Shown piece after piece: positions 8,713 through 19,586 of a DNA stretch of 64,000 bases. Source of the DNA: a virus. The stretch's first letter is position 1; every line of letters begins with the position of its first letter. Location of the stretch: positions 64,001-128,000 of IMG/VR virus record IMGVR_UViG_3300025154_000052; one strand, written 5' to 3'. The translations under genes and the position numbers were made by a program. Under the pieces are notes generated by a model that made no database searches, was not told the DNA's origin, and saw only the letters and a program-made list of their open reading frames with translations.

Positions 8713-9701
8713 TTCAGGTTAAATAGGCTGATCTGTTGAGCTTTTCGCGAATCAGGGATGGGTTCGCGTGAGCTGATAACTACTTGAGATAGGGATGGCT
8801 CCACCACCGGCTCGAGCCGGTGGATGGTGTCGAGAAGGTTGCGGAAGCGCCCTACCTGCTCGGTCAGGAGTCGTGTGTTGTCGAAGATGTCGTCAGGAAT
8901 AGGGACCAGCCCCCATGGCACATAGAGCGCCATGTTGATACGAGATGCCAGAAGCACCGTCGTGTCAATATCTGCCCCCGTAAGCCGCATAGTGTAGTTG
9001 GAGGCGGACAGAAGCATTCGCCCAGTGCCACAGCACGGGTCAAGCGTCCGTAACGCCCGGGTATCGCCTGCTTGCCGAGCGTCATGGAAGACCATTTCGG
9101 CCTTGGCATTGCACACGCCTTGGGGAGTCGGGAAGAATGCGTTCGGCCCGCCCCCGAACCGCTGGGAGATGAGTGTTCCCAGATAGTCGCCAGCGGCCAC
9201 CAGAAGATGACGCAGGTTCACCTCACGGTAGAGTGTTTCGCAGACGTTCTCTCGAAGTTCAGGAGGGCTGTCATGAACGCCCAGCGACCAGCCCAGCCAC
9301 TCGAGCAGCGATACCAGCGCCCGCCATCCGCCCCCGTCACGCTCAATAATGGACACCCATCGCTGAACCTGAGCGAAGGCAGGCTTAGCCGCTTCCTGGT
9401 AGGGTTGATGGAAGGTCACCCATGGGATGCCCTCAGACGGGAGCACCCCATGCATGAGCGTGTCAATGAGATAGCCCCATCGCTGCGGGATTGCCGGCGC
9501 ATTGCAGGTCTGGAGCAGAATGACGTAGTAGAGCGACCAGCCCTTGTACATCCATGGCCGTGGTGTGTCTTCAAAGGAAGGCATGCGCCCATGAGTGCGA
9601 CAGAACGCCAGCCATTCAGGAGATATAAGCCCAGTACCAGTCATAGCAGCGTCAGCGTCCACAATCCACCCAGCAAGATGGTCAGTCGATACGCGCACCA
9701 T
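8709..9701 (-). CDS. N-6 DNA methylase-like protein lacking an obvious motif IV
   Basis: FFPTP and LDPCCGTGRMLL...GADID (SAM-binding); no NPPY/F seen. Confidence 0.7.
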   Translation of the reverse strand: MVRVSTDHLAGWIVDADAAMTGTGLISPEWLAFCRTHGRMPSFEDTPRPWMYKGWSLYYVILLQTCNAPAIPQRWGYLIDTLMHGVLPSEGIPWVTFHQPYQEAAKPAFAQVQRWVSIIERDGGGWRALVSLLEWLGWSLGVHDSPPELRENVCETLYREVNLRHLLVAAGDYLGTLISQRFGGGPNAFFPTPQGVCNAKAEMVFHDARQAGDTRALRTLDPCCGTGRMLLSASNYTMRLTGADIDTTVLLASRINMALYVPWGLVPIPDDIFDNTRLLTEQVGRFRNLLDTIHRLEPVVEPSLSQVVISSREPIPDSRKAQQISLFNLK

Positions 9702-9927
9702 CTTCAGAGGAGTCGGAATGAGACTCCTCTGATTGAATCCAAGTGTTGAGTTGATCGCGGAGCGCTTTGGCCGTCTCGACGTCGAACGAACCGAGCAAAA
9801 AGAGGTCAGTGGTATGTTTGTGCGGCTTGATACACATCAGGGTAAGAAGTCCAGGGTACCAACGGCTTTCGCCGACGGCATAGGTGTTCTTTTCGTTGCT
9901 ATGGTCTCTGCAAATCTTGAATGGCAC
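9682..9927 (-). CDS. hypothetical protein
   Basis: 81-aa co-oriented ORF. Confidence 0.5.
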   Translation of the reverse strand: MPFKICRDHSNEKNTYAVGESRWYPGLLTLMCIKPHKHTTDLFLLGSFDVETAKALRDQLNTWIQSEESHSDSSEDGARID

Positions 9928-9937
9928 AACGCTCCTT

Positions 9938-10450
9938 TCAGCCTATACGCTCGAAGTATTCGCCCTCGACGTATACGGGCGAACAGATGAGGACGCCGTT
10001 GATGTCCTCGAAAAGTACATCCACGCCCTCAGATACGAATCGCCCGACGATGTAACTACCACCCACCGCTATGTGGTATATCCACCTTCCAGGATAAACC
10101 TTGTCGGGCCAGCAATGTAGCCGTGTCGGTTCCTCCCCGTGAACGCACTCCTCAAGGCTGGAGACGTCCAGTCCCCGATTCCGAAGAGCGTCAACTACAG
10201 CAGCCATCGGGATCGTACTCAGGAACCGCTCACACGCCCTGACCATGCTGTCGTGATGGCCGATCCACCCCTCGATGTCGCAGAGGTCGGAGGGCGCATC
10301 TTCGCCGTCGCGCAGGAGTAGTGCCAGAGCCAGCATATCGGACTGGCCAGCCGACAACACGTACTCATCCGTGTCGCAGTCGATGAGCACCTGGTCTTGC
10401 TCGGTAATGACGGTGAGCCGGTGCCCACGGGCGTCATTGATGGCTATCAT
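9938..10450 (-). CDS. hypothetical protein
   Basis: ORF 9938..10525; ATG 10450 overlaps upstream stop. Confidence 0.55.
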   Translation of the reverse strand: MIAINDARGHRLTVITEQDQVLIDCDTDEYVLSAGQSDMLALALLLRDGEDAPSDLCDIEGWIGHHDSMVRACERFLSTIPMAAVVDALRNRGLDVSSLEECVHGEEPTRLHCWPDKVYPGRWIYHIAVGGSYIVGRFVSEGVDVLFEDINGVLICSPVYVEGEYFERIG

Positions 10451-11241
10451 CGCTTCGCCCCTTTTGCCCGTCTGGCCTCGAGCGACCGCACACCGGCATG
10501 ACATCGTGCCCATTTGCCGTTGCACCGCTGGGACGCCGGCAATGTGGGATCACACTCACATGTGATCTGCCTGGCTTCGAGCTCGCCCACCCTGGCAGAC
10601 AGCGCCGCATTCTCACGCCGGAGACGGGCGATCATGGCCTGACTGTCGTCATCCACCACCGGGAGGACAACCCGGGCCGGTGCCAACTCCGGCCACCCAC
10701 GATTGATGATGTGACTAACGACGGTATGCCACCCGATGATCTCCACCACAGCGAGAAGACCGGGATCCCCGGGAGAGTCACCCTTCATCCATGTGGCCAG
10801 CGCCGCCTCGGGGTGTATGCCCCACGGCTCCTTCAGAGCGATGCTCCAGCCGTTGCTCCGAAGTCCACAGGTGTAGCCAGGCTCTACGTCAGAACTACCC
10901 ATACGATGTTTGATTTCGTAGGACCTCGGGTGCTCGAGCGCTCTGAACTGGTCGTAACTCAAAGAAGCAGGGTAGACCCGCCCCGCCGCCTTGACGATAC
11001 GGGTGTTGTGCGAGATGAATTGGTCATCGAAGGTGACCCGCCACCCAGTCTTGACGTCGATATGCCGGGTGGCATACTCCGATCGAAACACCGTCGCGCC
11101 CTCGTCCCGGTAGGGATTCCCCTGCTGGAGAGTGTCCCGCACCAGATACGGCCGATGATTCACGGTGTACACGAGCACACCGTCTCCCAGATCCGACCAG
11201 TCGTCGTCAGTCTGGAAGATCTCTCCCAATGGACCACTCAC
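10447..11241 (-). CDS. hypothetical multi-domain phage protein
   Basis: 264-aa ORF, coiled-coil C-terminus. Confidence 0.6.
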   Translation of the reverse strand: MSGPLGEIFQTDDDWSDLGDGVLVYTVNHRPYLVRDTLQQGNPYRDEGATVFRSEYATRHIDVKTGWRVTFDDQFISHNTRIVKAAGRVYPASLSYDQFRALEHPRSYEIKHRMGSSDVEPGYTCGLRSNGWSIALKEPWGIHPEAALATWMKGDSPGDPGLLAVVEIIGWHTVVSHIINRGWPELAPARVVLPVVDDDSQAMIARLRRENAALSARVGELEARQITCECDPTLPASQRCNGKWARCHAGVRSLEARRAKGAKR

Positions 11242-11555
11242 AGTCGCTCCTTTCCGAATCTGAGCGTCAGCATCAGCCGCTCGCCCAATCCACCGTTCTC
11301 ATCCGTAAACTGCTCACGAACGAACACCCGCCGTACATCGTTATCCAGCCGCAAAACCGCCGATCGAAGCGCCTGCTCTGTGACAGGAAGCGGATCAAGT
11401 ACCACCACCCGAATCATTCCCCGCCCCTGAACACGCACCGCCGCCTCGAGCGCAGGGGGAATCATCACCTGAAACTCCCCCGTAAACCGCGCCACGTCAG
11501 ACCATGTATCCCCGCCATCAGGAGACACCGATACCGTAGAGTCGAAGTCATGCAT
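11238..11555 (-). CDS. hypothetical protein, first gene of leftward arm
   Basis: 105-aa ORF with GGAGG RBS. Confidence 0.6.
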   Translation of the reverse strand: MHDFDSTVSVSPDGGDTWSDVARFTGEFQVMIPPALEAAVRVQGRGMIRVVVLDPLPVTEQALRSAVLRLDNDVRRVFVREQFTDENGGLGERLMLTLRFGKERL

Positions 11556-11559
11556 AGCT

Positions 11560-13710
11560 CAATCCTCCGAACATCTTTCGGGAAAATATGTACCACCATC
11601 ACAACCCGATGGCGGCATCCACACAAGCACTCAAGTACATCGTCCAGAGTAATTCTATCACAGCTAACACAACTTTCAAATGTTATTTTACTGATTCCAG
11701 TATTTTCTCACTACGATATACCGCAAATACTGGAATGAAAGTACATAAATGCTGTACTACCGGCAGTTTTACACTTAAGGATCTGGCTACTAGCAAAATG
11801 GCGCAAGTCCTCAATATATCACTTTATGCTATATGACAAAAGTGCTCACGATTTTGGAAAAGACAAGCATTCCAATATGTTACAAGTTGGCGTTTATTCG
11901 ACAGTTTCTGACACGGTGTCAGCGATTGACAGCGTGTCAGAAACTCATGGGCGGGGTAGCGGATTCAAGGACGGGAAGAGCAAGGTTGAGCCGTGTGGTA
12001 GAACGCGATAGAGAGACTGGTGTAACGGCGAGAGTGAAGGGGAGGAGAGTAGGGACAGTAATGTAAGGGATCGGGAGAGCGATAAGGGGACAGACGAGGG
12101 AAAAGGGCAGAGATCGCGGGAGAAGTGACCCACCCGCCGCCCTCACCGAGCCACCTCTGGCCCAAAATTCACCCCATCCGCCACTCCACCATCTCAGCCA
12201 TCCAATTATACTTGACTGTTCACCCTGTTGATTCCGTAAAGTACCGTTTAAAGGAATGACGTAAAAAGCCGGGAAAACACCACTCTTCGCAAAAACACGA
12301 ACAGTCAACGCTATCTTGACGTACTGAAAAACACTGAAACCATCAATCCTGGCGTGATAATCTGGCATCTCACCCGGTGATATGGCCCCTGTTCTCCCTC
12401 TCCAGGAGGTCTCACCGTACCTGTCCATGCCCAGAATCAGCCTTAATTCGACTCTCCAGATAACTACTGACTAGTCGTATTGTTGAAATAGACAAACAAC
12501 GCTTTAAGGAATGACGCTTAAACCCGGGAAAATACAGCACTTTGCAAAAGGGCGAGATTCAGTAGCCTACTGGATGAGTGGATATTGCTGAGACATAGGC
12601 TGGTGCTCACCCCAGAACACGGCTCTGGAGCGTTGACAGCGGCGCTGGCTGCGTGATAATAGGAGTGTCCGGAGCTGATAAAACTGAGACACTAGCCTGG
12701 CTGCGATGTCTCCATCAAGGCCCAGTGTAGGGCGAGATACCCAGTGAGTTGAGGTTCCGATCGTTCATGGATTGTGAATCACCAGCTATTCAAAGGGAGT
12801 CTACAAGGACGTGTAAAACCGTACCACTCCGTAAGCCTCTGTACTTCAATGGCATTATTGCCAGGTGCCTACTCGCTGCAAAGGGTCATAAGTTGTCATA
12901 ATGTATGTTATCAGACGTAGGTTTGAGCCGTGTTTTCCCGATTATCGACGTAACTACTTGACAACACACATGTATCATAATGGTCAAGTGAAGCTTGATA
13001 TCCATGCGTAATCAAGAGTGAACATGCAACCCGCACCTGGAATTATCATGCCCAGGTTGTACCAGGAAGGGACGTCCATCAAGCGCTCGCCGTCTCCCCC
13101 TACCTGATGATGATGTGGTTTGCTCGGCCATAGAGGCTGCCCAGTGTCCGAGTTGCGTTATCACCGGCCCGACGATCGCCACACAGCAGCGCTGCATACG
13201 AGTTCGTCATTCTCCGAGGGTGTCTCATTCTCTGGCCTGGCTCTCCTCCTTCGTCACGCGTACCACGCTACGAACCAACCATCTCCTGGACGCCGGAGCA
13301 GTTCATACCTCACCCGGAAAGCGTAAGACAGACGTAAGTGCTCGCTATGATTAAAGATTGTACCATTTTGGGTAAGTGCCTGATTTTTCTACAGAAATTA
13401 GGATTTTCCACAGCGCCGGATGTTTACTCGACCCCTCTCGCAAATTTGTCCATTTTTCCTGGAAATCAGCCCACAGTCTAGTTACACCATACCGCCATAA
13501 GTTAACCATACCTCCCGTGTCCGAGATTCCCTCCCCTCGCGCATCCCCATTTCTTCAGAACCTGCCCCCGACTACTTGTACTTGTTCCTTGTATCATTGT
13601 CTCACCCGCATATACAAGCCGCTGCCCCTCACTCCACCCGATCACTGTTCCCCTGCCGAATCCTGATTCCGAATCGTCCAGAAAAATTTTCCCAGGTTCC
13701 GCTCAAAATC
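11560..13710. other. ~2.1-kb non-coding region between divergent gene arms
   Basis: No convincing ORF; AT-richer; degenerate ~50-bp direct repeat (12247-12294 / 12503-12550); 11-bp inverted repeat 11904-11914/11934-11944. Confidence 0.7.
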
Positions 13711-13711
13711 G

Positions 13712-13741
13712 TTGCAAACCATTAAAATAGTGTTGTATAAT
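13712..13741 (+). promoter_or_regulatory. promoter of rightward arm
   Basis: TTGCAA-N18-TATAAT with TG extension; CATTAAAAT lies in the spacer. Confidence 0.7.
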
Positions 13742-13768
13742 AATCACACCACGACGGAGGTGCTTCAC

Positions 13769-14155
13769 ATGACGACTTATCGGCGCCTGGGTATCAACGA
13801 CGACGTAGACTCCTGCGATTGCTGTGGGAAAACTGGCCTGAAGCGGGTGGTCTGGCTTGAGGACGAGCACGGGGCGGTAACCCATTTCGGTGTGAACTGT
13901 GCGGCTCGAGCCCTGGGGCTTTATGGAAGCTTCAAGACCAGTCAGGACCTGAAGGACGCGTTCGACCGTGCCCAGACGGATCGTCAGGCGTATGAAGCAA
14001 CTCGTACCCAGTGTACTGAGCAGACGGCCCGCACTGGTGAGGAGCATGTCATTCTGCGTAGCCGTAGCGGGCATGGGGTTCGCTACCTAGTCATCCGCGA
14101 GAAGGCGTTCAACGCCGCTCCTGAGCGGTACCGTAACTGTTCATTCATGAGGTGA
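13769..14155 (+). CDS. Zn-binding conserved phage protein
   Basis: CDCCGKTGLKRVV...HFGVNCAA; GGAGG RBS before ATG 13769. Confidence 0.7.
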   Translation: MTTYRRLGINDDVDSCDCCGKTGLKRVVWLEDEHGAVTHFGVNCAARALGLYGSFKTSQDLKDAFDRAQTDRQAYEATRTQCTEQTARTGEEHVILRSRSGHGVRYLVIREKAFNAAPERYRNCSFMR

Positions 14156-14688
14156 GTATGAACTACATCAATCCCGAGAGTACAGAGATCGGAATGGGAG
14201 AGCGTGTTCTTTACCAGGCGCTCGAGCACAACACGCGCCATGGGTTTTCACTGGCGCTCACACAGACACTCGAAATGCTACTGGGCGCACTGTCTATATT
14301 GCGCGGCCAGACGCGGCGACAGTTGGCCGATGATCTCAGGCGAGCGGGAAGTCAACTCGCTGATGAACTCGAGCGCATCGCCCGTTGCGGCCCGTGGATC
14401 GACGGGTACAGATGGCGGGCGGTTAAGGGCGCCGTCTATCGTGCCGACGTCGATCCCACGCCCGAAGAACGAAGCGAGTGGAACGTCGGGGCAGATGACG
14501 TGTTGCCTCTGCTTCGCATGGTTTACACCAGGCCGGTCATCCGGCGTATCCCTGCGGAAATTCAGGCTTACCTTGAGTCCGAGGGTCTGACTGCCAATCA
14601 GGCGACCGATGCGCCGTGGATTGGTTGGTTCAACTCTGCGGGTGAGATCGTGGCGGTGGTCGCGCCAATCGAGGAAGATGGCGAGTAA
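14152..14688 (+). CDS. hypothetical protein
   Basis: 178-aa co-oriented ORF. Confidence 0.6.
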   Translation: MSMNYINPESTEIGMGERVLYQALEHNTRHGFSLALTQTLEMLLGALSILRGQTRRQLADDLRRAGSQLADELERIARCGPWIDGYRWRAVKGAVYRADVDPTPEERSEWNVGADDVLPLLRMVYTRPVIRRIPAEIQAYLESEGLTANQATDAPWIGWFNSAGEIVAVVAPIEEDGE

Positions 14689-14768
14689 ACGGCGCAGTTA
14701 ACCATTCATGAGGTAACAGAGACATCTGTACCGAGCGTGGGATTGACTGGAAGACGGCGATCGCGTAG

Positions 14769-15236
14769 TTGGAGGCTGTAGTGGGAACCAAGGCACACCT
14801 GTTTATCTTCCGTGGGCTTCCTGCGAGTGGGAAGAGTTCGATCTCTCAGTCCATGCTCGACGCGGGATTGCTGGATGTGGTCGTTACCCGGGATGACATC
14901 CGGCAGGAGATCAAGCCGGGTCGGAAGTTTGTTGATCGGGATCTGCAGTCCGATGCCGATCGTGAATTCGAGCGGATCGTTCTTGAACGACGGAACACGC
15001 TGATTACGAGAGCGCTCTGCGCGGGCATGCGCGTAGCCTGTGCTGACACGAATCTCTCGGGGACTGCGTTGCGGGAGTTACATACTCTCGCCGGCAACAA
15101 TTGTGCCGAGGTGACCATCATCACAGTGGACACTCCTCATTGTATCTGCATCGAGCGGGACAGTGCCCGGGTACGCCCTGTCGGCGCGAAGACAATCCAG
15201 CGGATGTCCCGCGATTGGCACTGGCAGCGTAGGTGA
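14769..15236 (+). CDS. polynucleotide-kinase-type P-loop (AAA_33) domain protein
   Basis: RGLPASGKS, TRDDIR, DTNL, CIERDSAR: T4-Pnk-like kinase domain without phosphatase domain. Confidence 0.8.
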   Translation: MEAVVGTKAHLFIFRGLPASGKSSISQSMLDAGLLDVVVTRDDIRQEIKPGRKFVDRDLQSDADREFERIVLERRNTLITRALCAGMRVACADTNLSGTALRELHTLAGNNCAEVTIITVDTPHCICIERDSARVRPVGAKTIQRMSRDWHWQRR

Positions 15237-15694
15237 TCATGTCCCTGCTGGCTGACATCACCAGGATCATAGCGGTTCCGTGGTATTCGCCCGGCTTCCC
15301 GGAGGCGTGGCGCGAGTATGCCGACTCCGTGCAGCGGGCCAGGGCGTGTGATGTCTCCAACAGGGAGGTCCGCCAGTTGGTGGCGGTTTTTCTCAAGACG
15401 CCGACTGGATGCCGGGTCACGGAAGTGGTGCAGGACTGTGACGGGCTGGGGTTGTGTCTGAACTACTCGTGTCTGCTGGCCGATTGGCTGGTGGAGCGTG
15501 GCTACCCGGCGTTCGTTGAGTACATCGAGGTGCGACGACGGCCCCATTGGGTAGCGATATTGGGTGAAGTGCGGATCGATCTGACGATGCGTCAGTTTCG
15601 GCAGAATGCCGCATTCCCGTACTTCTCTCGGGTGGCTCGTTTTCAGAGTGCTGACATCACAGAATGCTTGAGCGGGCGTGTTACCGCATGCTGA
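15233..15694 (+). CDS. hypothetical protein
   Basis: 153-aa coupled ORF; CLNYS...HWVA...IDLT pattern, weakly transglutaminase-like. Confidence 0.55.
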   Translation: MIMSLLADITRIIAVPWYSPGFPEAWREYADSVQRARACDVSNREVRQLVAVFLKTPTGCRVTEVVQDCDGLGLCLNYSCLLADWLVERGYPAFVEYIEVRRRPHWVAILGEVRIDLTMRQFRQNAAFPYFSRVARFQSADITECLSGRVTAC

Positions 15695-15700
15695 CTTATC

Positions 15701-17116
15701 GTGGAGGCTGTTGTGAACGAGTTGATTCCCCGAACGACCGTGACCGAGATCTGCGCTCACCGTGGCGCTGCGATGTCCACCATGCGTGAAGCCGTGGCTG
15801 CTATGGTCCACGGTATTGAACTGGTTGAGAAGTCCGAATATCACGCTCAACATGCGTATGGAGCGGCGCACTTTACCCTTTCTGACCGGAGTGAGTTGAC
15901 AGCATACAAGCGCCTATTCGAGGGGATCGACGCTGTTGCATCTCTCAAGGCGTATCGCCAACAGGTCGACGCCCGGGTGTGGATGAATCTCCTCGCACTG
16001 ACCGGTATGGAGAGCATGATGGACCGGACGGCCAAGGATGAACTCTATAAGCAGCTCTGTGGCGACGTCCCCGAAGTCACCGAGGACACCGTCTGGTCGA
16101 CGTTCGATTCTCTCGCGGGCCAGGCGAAACTCATCTTCCAGCGTGGCCTGGCTCGAGCCTTCATCGACCTTGACCGGCGATTCCGATCACACGACGGCTT
16201 CAAGATTGGGAGCCGGATCATTCTGACCCGCGTCTTTGATGACTGGGGCAGTTGGTCCCACTGGAACGGGACGCGAGATACCATCTGCGACGTTGAGCGA
16301 GTGTTCGCGGTGCTGGACGGCAACAAGCCGAACCCGCGGGGACTGATTGCGGCCATTGATGACAGCAGGGGCGGCAGATACGGGAAACGCCAGTCATACA
16401 TGGAGAGCGAGTATTTCCGTATCCGCACGTTTCAGAACGGCAATGCTCACTTATGGTTCACCAGGGACGAACTCGTCGAGAAGGCCAACCTTCTCCTGGC
16501 CGAGTATTACGGCGAAGTGCTCCCGGACGGTGTCCCGGACGATGTCACCGCGAAGGACATCAAGCAGTGCACAGCGCTCTGCAAGGACCTGTCCTTCTAC
16601 GCCACCCAGGAACCGGTCGTATCGACCATTCTTGACGGTGTCTACTTCCCAGACGGTGCCCATGTGCTCGAGCCATCTGCCGGGACGGGGAATATCGTCC
16701 GTGAACTGCTCCATCGGGGCATGCGGGTTGACGCTGTCGAGGTTGACCCTGGCCGCGTCCGGGTGCTTCAGGAGATGGAGCGGCAGATTCACGGGTTGAC
16801 CGTCACACATGCCAACTTCCTGCAGATGGTTGCTCGGCCCATCTACACCCATGTCGTCATGAACCCGCCGTTCCACGGCACCCACTACATGCAGCATGTC
16901 ATGCATGCATTCGACTTCCTGGCACCTGGCGGGGTGCTCGTCTCCATTCTCCCCGCAACAGTCGAGTTTGGGGAGAGCAAGAAACATGAGGCGTTCCGCA
17001 AGTGGGTGGAGCAGCACAAGGACAACTACTCCGCGTTCCGGGATCTGCCGATCGAGTCGTTCGCGAGTTCGGGAACGCGGATCAACACCGTGTACGTCGT
17101 GCTGCACAAGAGGTGA
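15701..17116 (+). CDS. DUF4942-domain DNA methyltransferase (amino-MTase)
   Basis: N-terminal VDARVWMNLL...FQNGNAHLWF region typical of DUF4942; LEPSAGTG and MNPPF. Confidence 0.85.
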   Translation: MEAVVNELIPRTTVTEICAHRGAAMSTMREAVAAMVHGIELVEKSEYHAQHAYGAAHFTLSDRSELTAYKRLFEGIDAVASLKAYRQQVDARVWMNLLALTGMESMMDRTAKDELYKQLCGDVPEVTEDTVWSTFDSLAGQAKLIFQRGLARAFIDLDRRFRSHDGFKIGSRIILTRVFDDWGSWSHWNGTRDTICDVERVFAVLDGNKPNPRGLIAAIDDSRGGRYGKRQSYMESEYFRIRTFQNGNAHLWFTRDELVEKANLLLAEYYGEVLPDGVPDDVTAKDIKQCTALCKDLSFYATQEPVVSTILDGVYFPDGAHVLEPSAGTGNIVRELLHRGMRVDAVEVDPGRVRVLQEMERQIHGLTVTHANFLQMVARPIYTHVVMNPPFHGTHYMQHVMHAFDFLAPGGVLVSILPATVEFGESKKHEAFRKWVEQHKDNYSAFRDLPIESFASSGTRINTVYVVLHKR

Positions 17117-17118
17117 CA

Positions 17119-17490
17119 ATGGAAGACAACGAACTCGAGAAAATCGGGCGGGCGTTGCCCCCTGGCTGGCTGCTACAGATTCATGTTGGCCATGATGTAC
17201 TCGTCATGCTGCTCCCGCCCGGGAGCAAAAGGGACATGATTACGGGCTTCGAGGGAACGATCATCGAGCAACTTCAAGAGGCCGCCACAGAAGCGCACAA
17301 GATGCATCCCAATCCGTGGCCAATGGACTACGCGCATTGCGGCTCATGCCCTCACCAGTCTATCTATCGAGAGCATGAGAGCGGCACTTGCAAGTTGTTC
17401 GGTGAGAGTATCGACATCTTCCCGGTCACTGGCGGACGTGGCGCGATACGTAGCGCCCAGTGTATGAGACACCATGAAGATCCCTACTGA
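17119..17490 (+). CDS. hypothetical protein
   Basis: Part of ORF 17002..17490; ATG 17119 after GAGG. Confidence 0.5.
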   Translation: MEDNELEKIGRALPPGWLLQIHVGHDVLVMLLPPGSKRDMITGFEGTIIEQLQEAATEAHKMHPNPWPMDYAHCGSCPHQSIYREHESGTCKLFGESIDIFPVTGGRGAIRSAQCMRHHEDPY

Positions 17491-17839
17491 CAACTTCGAA
17501 CGCTTGGCTGATCGCCTCGAGCAGTGGGCGACTGAGTACGAAGCCCTTGCGGCGAAAGCGGACGCCGTGAAGGTTCACCCTCACAGTGCTACTCGCTGGC
17601 GTGGTCGTGCACAAGGCTACCGGAGCGCTGCACAACTCATCCGGGACGAGATCCGGCGCGAGAACGAGCGGATTCTATCCGCTGAATGCGGATGGTGTGG
17701 ACAGACTGCCGAGATGGACGCTACTGGTCGAATCCTCTCTCACCCGTTTCCGCCTGACTCTGGCCTTGATGGTCCATGCGACGGGGTGGGATTGACACTC
17801 GCTGAACAGTGGGAGCAGGCGACCTTTCGTGAGGAGTGA
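17474..17839 (+). CDS. hypothetical protein
   Basis: 121-aa co-oriented ORF. Confidence 0.55.
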   Translation: MKIPTDNFERLADRLEQWATEYEALAAKADAVKVHPHSATRWRGRAQGYRSAAQLIRDEIRRENERILSAECGWCGQTAEMDATGRILSHPFPPDSGLDGPCDGVGLTLAEQWEQATFREE

Positions 17840-17842
17840 CAC

Positions 17843-18307
17843 ATGAACGAAGCACTTCAACGTGCCGGTTATCGCCCGATGCCAGAAGGCGAGGCACAAG
17901 AGGATGAGATCCTGAGTCCGTGGGAGGCGGAGGGCGGATTGTGGCAGTTTGTCTGTCCGCGCTATCAACTGCCTGACATTCTCTATCGTGGTGATTGGAT
18001 CGAGTGGCGAGGTCATGGCGCGTGGTGTCGTCCTGTCAATGCCGTGACCGGCGACTACGATCCAGCAGGTTGGAATGAGCCGATCGTGCCGGCTGAACCG
18101 GGGTGGTGGCTCTGGGATGCCGACGACGGGCGGCGGATGATCTTCCGGATCGACATACCATCGATCGGACCACAAGCGCTCTTCGCTTGGGGTCCGGAAC
18201 CAGTCGAGGACTACGACCTGGACCTGAGTGCCTACGTAGAACGGTTCTGCGTGATCAATGGCGGGCGATGGATCGGCCCCTGTCGCAAGCCAGGGTGTAA
18301 ACCGTGA
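17843..18307 (+). CDS. hypothetical protein
   Basis: 154-aa ORF with GAGGAG RBS. Confidence 0.6.
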   Translation: MNEALQRAGYRPMPEGEAQEDEILSPWEAEGGLWQFVCPRYQLPDILYRGDWIEWRGHGAWCRPVNAVTGDYDPAGWNEPIVPAEPGWWLWDADDGRRMIFRIDIPSIGPQALFAWGPEPVEDYDLDLSAYVERFCVINGGRWIGPCRKPGCKP

Positions 18308-19059
18308 TCCCTTTCTGGTGTACATCAGAAGATAGTGACCGGTGCGCCCGATGGCGACGTGTTGATGCCGAGATGACTCGTGTACCCGCGCAACTCACCG
18401 GGCATGTACCCGGCACCGACGACAGAGACTCCGGTGCGACCGGTGCCCTATTGGCAGCAGATAGCTGCCCGAAAGCGGCGGAAGGGATGACGATGAGTAC
18501 CAGGCTAACCAAAGATGCGTTTAAAGCATTGGTGGATCAGGATCTTCAGTGGCTCAAGTCCATGCCTTCTTCGCTGGAGCGTCAGCACATCCTGATGATA
18601 CTGCTCGACGCCGTGGAACATTACTATCCGGATGCGCCCGACATCCGCCCGGCATCGGAGTTGACGCCCGAAAAACTGAAGGCGTGGCAGTGGTGGACCA
18701 TCGTGGGTCAATTCGGTACGGATACCCGGAGTGACCTGTCCATCATCGACGACAGCGACCCGGATGGACCGGCGCTGCATGATGGCGGGTTCGAGCGGTG
18801 GTATCTGGACCGCGTCAGAGTGTATCCCTGTCATGATGGCAAGCCGTGGCGCCCGGCTTCGTGGCCCGAAGTCGATCAGGCGATACACGCAGCGGAAGCC
18901 TCGAAGCGCGAGGAGGATACTACCGGAGAGTGTCTTTCCTGCTCTGATGCGCGGGAGGAAGAGGTCTGCCCGAAGTCGAAGCGGGCATGTAAGCACCACT
19001 GCAATCATTCGTGGTCCCATGACGAGTGTTGCTGGTGTGGACAGACGTGGGACGAGTAA
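18304..19059 (+). CDS. mosaic hypothetical protein with Cys/His-rich C-terminus
   Basis: 251-aa ORF; CPKSKRACKHHCNHSWSHDECCWC. Confidence 0.55.
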   Translation: MIPFWCTSEDSDRCARWRRVDAEMTRVPAQLTGHVPGTDDRDSGATGALLAADSCPKAAEGMTMSTRLTKDAFKALVDQDLQWLKSMPSSLERQHILMILLDAVEHYYPDAPDIRPASELTPEKLKAWQWWTIVGQFGTDTRSDLSIIDDSDPDGPALHDGGFERWYLDRVRVYPCHDGKPWRPASWPEVDQAIHAAEASKREEDTTGECLSCSDAREEEVCPKSKRACKHHCNHSWSHDECCWCGQTWDE

Positions 19060-19586
19060 TCGTGCAGTATCAAGATGCCGTCTCCCAGTGGCTCGAGGAA
19101 GTGCGGGCTGTTGGAGCTCACGGAACACGACTCATTGACTACCTGGTCTGGACGTATCCCGGCAACGGAGCAGCAACGGACAGCGCTGACGGGCTACTCC
19201 GGGACCTTGTAGACATGGGCGCTGTAGTACCTGCCCGATGGAGTCCCACGACGTCACAGCGGGCGTTTATGGGCCTTGTTTATCCGGGTGGACTCCAGCA
19301 GGGTTTCGAAGCCGGTAAGCGTGCCTGCTGGTGGTATGAGGCTGTGAGTGAAGCGTAGATCGAACTGTCTCATCGCTGTCCTGATTCTTCGACGACGGCT
19401 GAAATGTGGTCGTGTCAAGATGCGGTGGTGGCCACGTCGCCTATTACCTCACTTCTTTCTTGAACTCTCTGACGGCTGGTCCATCCATTACACCTGGCCG
19501 ACAGAGAAGACTAAAAGTATCGGTTCGTGTTTGTGGTTTCGGGGCGAGTTTCGACTGGACAGATTCAGTTGAACGCAGGAGCAGTC

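Noticed and set aside
11588-13666. Small ORFs in the divergence region
   Set aside because: Low-complexity or compositionally biased translations with no RBS and no consistent orientation.
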